Assembly: GCA_963666275.2 (NCBI GenBank)
Contig: CAXXOA010000001.1
Coordinates: 2,208,001-2,272,000, forward strand
Source of the DNA: Oceanispirochaeta sp.
Lineage (GTDB): Bacteria > Spirochaetota > Spirochaetia > DSM-2461
Reading direction: 5' to 3'
DNA: 64,000 bases
The notes beneath the pieces are model-generated. The model did not search any database. It had not been told where the DNA came from and was given only the letters and a program-made list of their open reading frames with translations. Below, in pieces: positions 60,111 through 64,000 of this stretch. Position 1 is the stretch's first letter; the number at the start of each line of letters is the position of its first letter. Both the position numbers and the translations under genes were made by a program.

Positions 60111-61586
60111 TTATGCTGTCTCCTTCTGTATTTGTTCACTTAATGCTTTGATCCGCCATGCCGCTTTGGATACCCCCAGCAGGCGAATCGATTCAAATAG
60201 AGGGGGAGATATCCGGGTACCCGTAATGGCAACTCTCAAAGGCTGCAGAATCTGCCCCATTTTAATTCCCAGCTCCTCCGCTTTATCAAAAAAGATCTTT
60301 TCATTCTCTTCATCGCTGCGGGCTTCAAAACCCTCCAGCAGGGCGGAACAGGAGTCCAGGATAGCAGGTATGTCTTTCAATTCCATTTTCTTGGGAACCG
60401 CATCAGCCGTTTCATAGGAATCAATGTCTTTGAACAGAAAACGGATCATCTCTGAAACATCGGTGGTCAGTTTCAGTCTTTCACGGATCAGAGGAAAGGC
60501 ACCGTCAAACACGGCCATCTCTTCTTCCGTCACAGGGTCAGACACAACTCCGTCCTTCTGCAGCTCCGGCAGAAGCAGAGCTTTCAGGGATTCAGGATCT
60601 CTCTGGCGGATATACTGACCGTTGAACCACTCCAGCTTTTTGTAGTCAAAAACCGCCGGGGATTTACTCAGCTTTTCCAGAGAGAAAAGCTGTTCCAGAT
60701 CCTCTTTGGTAAAAAATTCCCGGGAATCGTCAAAGGACCACCCCAGAAGAGTTATATAGTTGATGATGGCCTCGGGAAGATAGCCTCCTGTACGGAAGTC
60801 TTTCAGAGACGTGGCTCCGTGCCTTTTGGAAAGCTTGGAACCGTCCTTTCCCATTACCAGAGGAAGATGGCAGTACTTGGGAGGTTCCCAGCCGAAGGCT
60901 TCATACAGCAGCACATGGAGAGGTCCCGAGGGGATCCACTCCTGGGCTCTCATGATATGGGTGATCTCCATAAGGTGATCATCAATCACATTGGCAAGAT
61001 GATAGGTGGGAAACCCGTCTGTTTTAACAATGACAGGGTCAGGACTGACGTCGCTGTTCTTCCGGGTAATGTCGCCCATGATTTCGTCATGGAACGTGGT
61101 TTTTCCCTCCATGGGAACTTTCAGACGGATAACGCAGGGTTCTCCCGCTTCTTTCCGTTTCAAAGCTTCCGCAGGATCCAGATCCCGGCAGTGCCTGTCG
61201 TAGCCCTGGACTTTGGATTTATTTTTTTTCTGTTCTTCCCTTACAGCATCCAGCCTTTCGGAAGTACAGAAACAGTAATAGGCTTTGCCGTCCTTCAGGA
61301 GTTTCTCTGCATAGTCCTGGTAAATAGCGAAGCGCTCAGACTGTACATAGGGTCCGAAGTCCCCTTTATCGGGACCTTCATCCCACTGAACACCAAGCCA
61401 TTCCAGTGTATCATACAGATCCTGTAAAGACTCATCGTTGTACCGTTCCCTGTCGGTATCTTCAATTCTCAGAATAAACTTCCCGCCCTGGGAACGGGCA
61501 TAAAAATAGTTAAAAAGCGCCGTCCTGACTCCACCGATATGCTGCAGCCCGGTAGGAGACGGTGCATAACGAACACGCACTGACAT
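60111..61586 (-). CDS. gltX: Glutamate--tRNA ligase
   Basis: [19 protein letters not shown] and KLSKR motifs. Confidence 0.97.
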   Translation of the reverse strand: MSVRVRYAPSPTGLQHIGGVRTALFNYFYARSQGGKFILRIEDTDRERYNDESLQDLYDTLEWLGVQWDEGPDKGDFGPYVQSERFAIYQDYAEKLLKDGKAYYCFCTSERLDAVREEQKKNKSKVQGYDRHCRDLDPAEALKRKEAGEPCVIRLKVPMEGKTTFHDEIMGDITRKNSDVSPDPVIVKTDGFPTYHLANVIDDHLMEITHIMRAQEWIPSGPLHVLLYEAFGWEPPKYCHLPLVMGKDGSKLSKRHGATSLKDFRTGGYLPEAIINYITLLGWSFDDSREFFTKEDLEQLFSLEKLSKSPAVFDYKKLEWFNGQYIRQRDPESLKALLLPELQKDGVVSDPVTEEEMAVFDGAFPLIRERLKLTTDVSEMIRFLFKDIDSYETADAVPKKMELKDIPAILDSCSALLEGFEARSDEENEKIFFDKAEELGIKMGQILQPLRVAITGTRISPPLFESIRLLGVSKAAWRIKALSEQIQKETA

Positions 61587-61755
61587 GATATATCCTTCAG
61601 ATTTGACAGAATTTCTTCGGTGATTATAGCTGTTTCAAAGCGGAATGACCAGAGGAAATTTAAGGGAATTGCCCCACTGGTTTTATCTGCCCTATTGATT
61701 CGTATTCTCATATCCGCCGATAATTACGGAAAATTCATATTTGGAGGAACCAGTC

Positions 61756-62439
61756 ATGAGAATCCACTATTTTCAGCATGTCTCTTTTGAAGGACCCGGT
61801 TCCATAAGCCAATGGGCCAGGCAGAAGGGGCACACGCTCACGGGAACAGAGCTTTTCAAGGGATCTCCCCTTCCGCAGCTGACGGAGGTGGATTTCCTGA
61901 TTCTGCTGGGAGGTCCCATGAGTATTCATGATACGGACCAGTACCCCTGGCTCACCCGGGAGGCGGCTTTTGTAGAAAAAGCTCTGAAAGCGGAAATTCC
62001 CCTTTTGGGGATCTGCCTGGGAGCTCAGCAGATAGCCCATGTTCTGGGAAGCAGGGTCATACAGGGAGAGGAAAAAGAGATAGGCTGGTTTCATCTTGAA
62101 AGACATATGGAAGCACCCGGAGACTTTCCCCTTCCCTCAGGACCTGCCTTTCACTGGCATGGTGAGACCTTCGAAATACCGGAACAGGCAGTTCCCCTGG
62201 CGTACTCCCAAGCCTGCAGGAATCAGGGATTCCTTTACAAAAAACGGGTAGCGGGACTTCAGTTTCATCTGGAATCCACTCGGGAGAGTGTCTCCGCACT
62301 TGTGGAAAACGCCGCATCCGAACTGATTCCAGGCAGGTATATACAAAATGCCGAAACGATTCTGAGAGAGGATGCCCCCTATGAAGGGCTGAACAGCAAA
62401 ATGGCCGGCATACTGGATTATTTATCTCCCGGAGGCTGA
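61756..62439 (+). CDS. Class I glutamine amidotransferase-like protein
   Basis: QHVSFEGPG, LGGPM, GICLGAQ, WHGE and QFHLE motifs; GGAGG before ATG 61756. Confidence 0.9.
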   Translation: MRIHYFQHVSFEGPGSISQWARQKGHTLTGTELFKGSPLPQLTEVDFLILLGGPMSIHDTDQYPWLTREAAFVEKALKAEIPLLGICLGAQQIAHVLGSRVIQGEEKEIGWFHLERHMEAPGDFPLPSGPAFHWHGETFEIPEQAVPLAYSQACRNQGFLYKKRVAGLQFHLESTRESVSALVENAASELIPGRYIQNAETILREDAPYEGLNSKMAGILDYLSPGG

Positions 62440-63275
62440 TCTCCCGGCGTAAAACCCTTTTCGTATATGTATTCGGGATAAAACCCCAGCCTGGTATCAC
62501 TGTCGATTCCGGCAATGCGCTCCATTTCCCCGTCGGTCAGTTCAAAATCAAAGATATCTCTGTTCTCTGCCATTCTTTCAGGATTCACAGATTTGGGGAT
62601 GCAGATGATTTCCCTCTGGAAATGCCATCTCAGGGTAATCTGAACGGGATTTTTGCCGTATTTTTCTGCAAGTTCCTGCAGAAAGGGCATCTGCAGTACC
62701 CTGCCCTTCATAATGGGTGACCAGGCTTCCACTCTGATATTCCGGCTGTTGCAGTAGCTGACAAGGTCCTCCTGCTGAAGGCCCGGGTGGAGTTCCACCT
62801 GATTCACAGCCGGTACGATATCACTCTTCCCTATCAGATCTTCCAGATAGGCGGGAGTGTAATTGCTGACTCCGATGGATCGGATCCTCCCCACCCGGTA
62901 CAGCTCCTCCATGGCCTTCCAGGATTCCAGTGCGAGAGGCCGGGGCCAGTGAATCAGATACAGATCCAGATAATCGGTCTGCAGGGCATCAAGAGACTTT
63001 TCAAAGGAAGCTTTTGTTTTCTCATAACCCAGATCATCCATCCAGACTTTGCTTGTAATAAACAGTTCTTCCCTGGGAATCCCGCTGTCTTTTAACGCCA
63101 GCCCCACACCTTTTTCATTTTTATAGTAGGAAGCCGTATCGATATGCCTGTATCCGCACTTTAAGGCCTCCAGCACGGCTTCGCCGGCAGATTTATCATC
63201 CATAGTAAATGTTCCATAACCGAGGGCTGGAATGGAAAGGCCGTTGTTCAGGGTAAACGAGGTATCAGATTTCAT
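62418..63275 (-). CDS. Aldo/keto reductase
   Basis: GYRHIDTA..Y.NE, LDLYLIHWP, IGVSN and IPKS motifs. Confidence 0.94.
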   Translation of the reverse strand: MKSDTSFTLNNGLSIPALGYGTFTMDDKSAGEAVLEALKCGYRHIDTASYYKNEKGVGLALKDSGIPREELFITSKVWMDDLGYEKTKASFEKSLDALQTDYLDLYLIHWPRPLALESWKAMEELYRVGRIRSIGVSNYTPAYLEDLIGKSDIVPAVNQVELHPGLQQEDLVSYCNSRNIRVEAWSPIMKGRVLQMPFLQELAEKYGKNPVQITLRWHFQREIICIPKSVNPERMAENRDIFDFELTDGEMERIAGIDSDTRLGFYPEYIYEKGFTPGDQPPGDK

Positions 63276-63345
63276 AATGTAGCGTCACTCCTTGATTTAT
63301 ATCTTCATCCCGGGGAGAGAAGTTTTAAACTATTATAACAGAAAA

Positions 63346-63369
63346 AACCACCGGCACAAACCGGTGGTT
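63346..63369 (-). terminator. Intrinsic terminator
   Basis: AACCACCGG-CACAAA-CCGGTGGTT with an A run on the left. Confidence 0.7.
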
Positions 63370-63395
63370 CTCCATTCTTTACGATTCGGGAATGT

Positions 63396-64000
63396 TTACT
63401 GAATAGAAGAGGATGCGGGATTCTGACTCAGCAGGTTGTCCACCTCACTCTGCAGTTCCTGAGACTGGGCCACAGTGGAATCCAGAGAAAGTCCTTCGTC
63501 TTCTGTGAACTTGATACTGGCTTCGAGGATATCAATTCTGGATGTGTTCCTTTTCATTTCCAGATTATTGGTGCTGATATAGCGGGCATTGAGTTCCATC
63601 TGTTTGTTATGGCTGTCAATCTGATTGAGCAGTTCATCAGTCTTTCTTTCAAGAGCATAGCGCTGTTTTCTGTTTTCTGTTATCTGTGCGTTCAGCTTGC
63701 TTTTCATTTCAGCATCATTGACAGACTGAAACAGGGAATACAGTTCACCTGCCTGTTTTTTTACCTTGGTCATGGTGATGGAAATCTCTCTCACAAGGGC
63801 TTCCATATCCACAACTTCTGACTGAAGAGTGTCTATCTGAGCCTGAAGTTCTCCATTCTGGGTAGTCATATCGCTGTTGCTCTGGGTAAGCACTTCAATT
63901 TCCGCACGGGATTCGGGGATATCGACTGCGTAGGGAGTCGTCCTGGCTGCAAATACATTTCCTGATATAAGTAATATTCCTGTTAACACCAACAAAATCT
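63396..64000 (-). CDS. Exported coiled-coil protein, 5' end outside the window
   Basis: Signal-peptide-like ..ILLISGNVFA followed by heptad repeats; frame open to the window edge. Confidence 0.7.
   Translation of the reverse strand, partial: ILLVLTGILLISGNVFAARTTPYAVDIPESRAEIEVLTQSNSDMTTQNGELQAQIDTLQSEVVDMEALVREISITMTKVKKQAGELYSLFQSVNDAEMKSKLNAQITENRKQRYALERKTDELLNQIDSHNKQMELNARYISTNNLEMKRNTSRIDILEASIKFTEDEGLSLDSTVAQSQELQSEVDNLLSQNPASSSIQ

Noticed and set aside
58691..60151. 486-aa plus-strand ORF
   Set aside because: Antisense shadow of glyQS. The same applies to the long ORFs opposite ABC-F, kdgK, eda and the spike gene.

Overview
Bacterial chromosome segment, most likely from a free-living spirochaete (Spirochaetaceae-like; inferred from the TyrS, GltX and GlyQS sequences and the many spirochaete-type lipoproteins, not from a database search). 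Bases ~1-17170 hold a contractile injection system (CIS) locus of Afp/PVC (eCIS) type. Its leftward arm encodes gp25, a large baseplate protein, an Afp16-like protein, sheath and tube, followed in the same operon by two exported envelope proteins. Its rightward arm encodes a LuxR regulator, two tandem gp5-like spikes (the second fused to PAAR plus an extension), a signal-peptide protein (candidate immunity) and an effector with an N-terminal C39-like peptidase and a WHIX-like region. A partly duplicated, diverged orphan copy of the tip-immunity-effector cassette follows and is truncated at udk. A second candidate conflict system lies at 38351-48994: a TPR lipoprotein, a 3100-aa exported coiled-coil protein with an AT-rich C-terminal M23-like tip, and an AT-rich lipoprotein. 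The rest is mainly housekeeping and metabolism (udk, ABC-F, dacA, M18 aminopeptidase, ABC importer, rpiB, deoD, tRNA-Arg, kdgK/eda, threonine aldolase, vor-buk-ptb, tyrS, glyQS, gltX, c-di-GMP enzymes), with several REP/MITE-like repeats. All domain calls come from reading motifs by eye and need HMM or structure confirmation.
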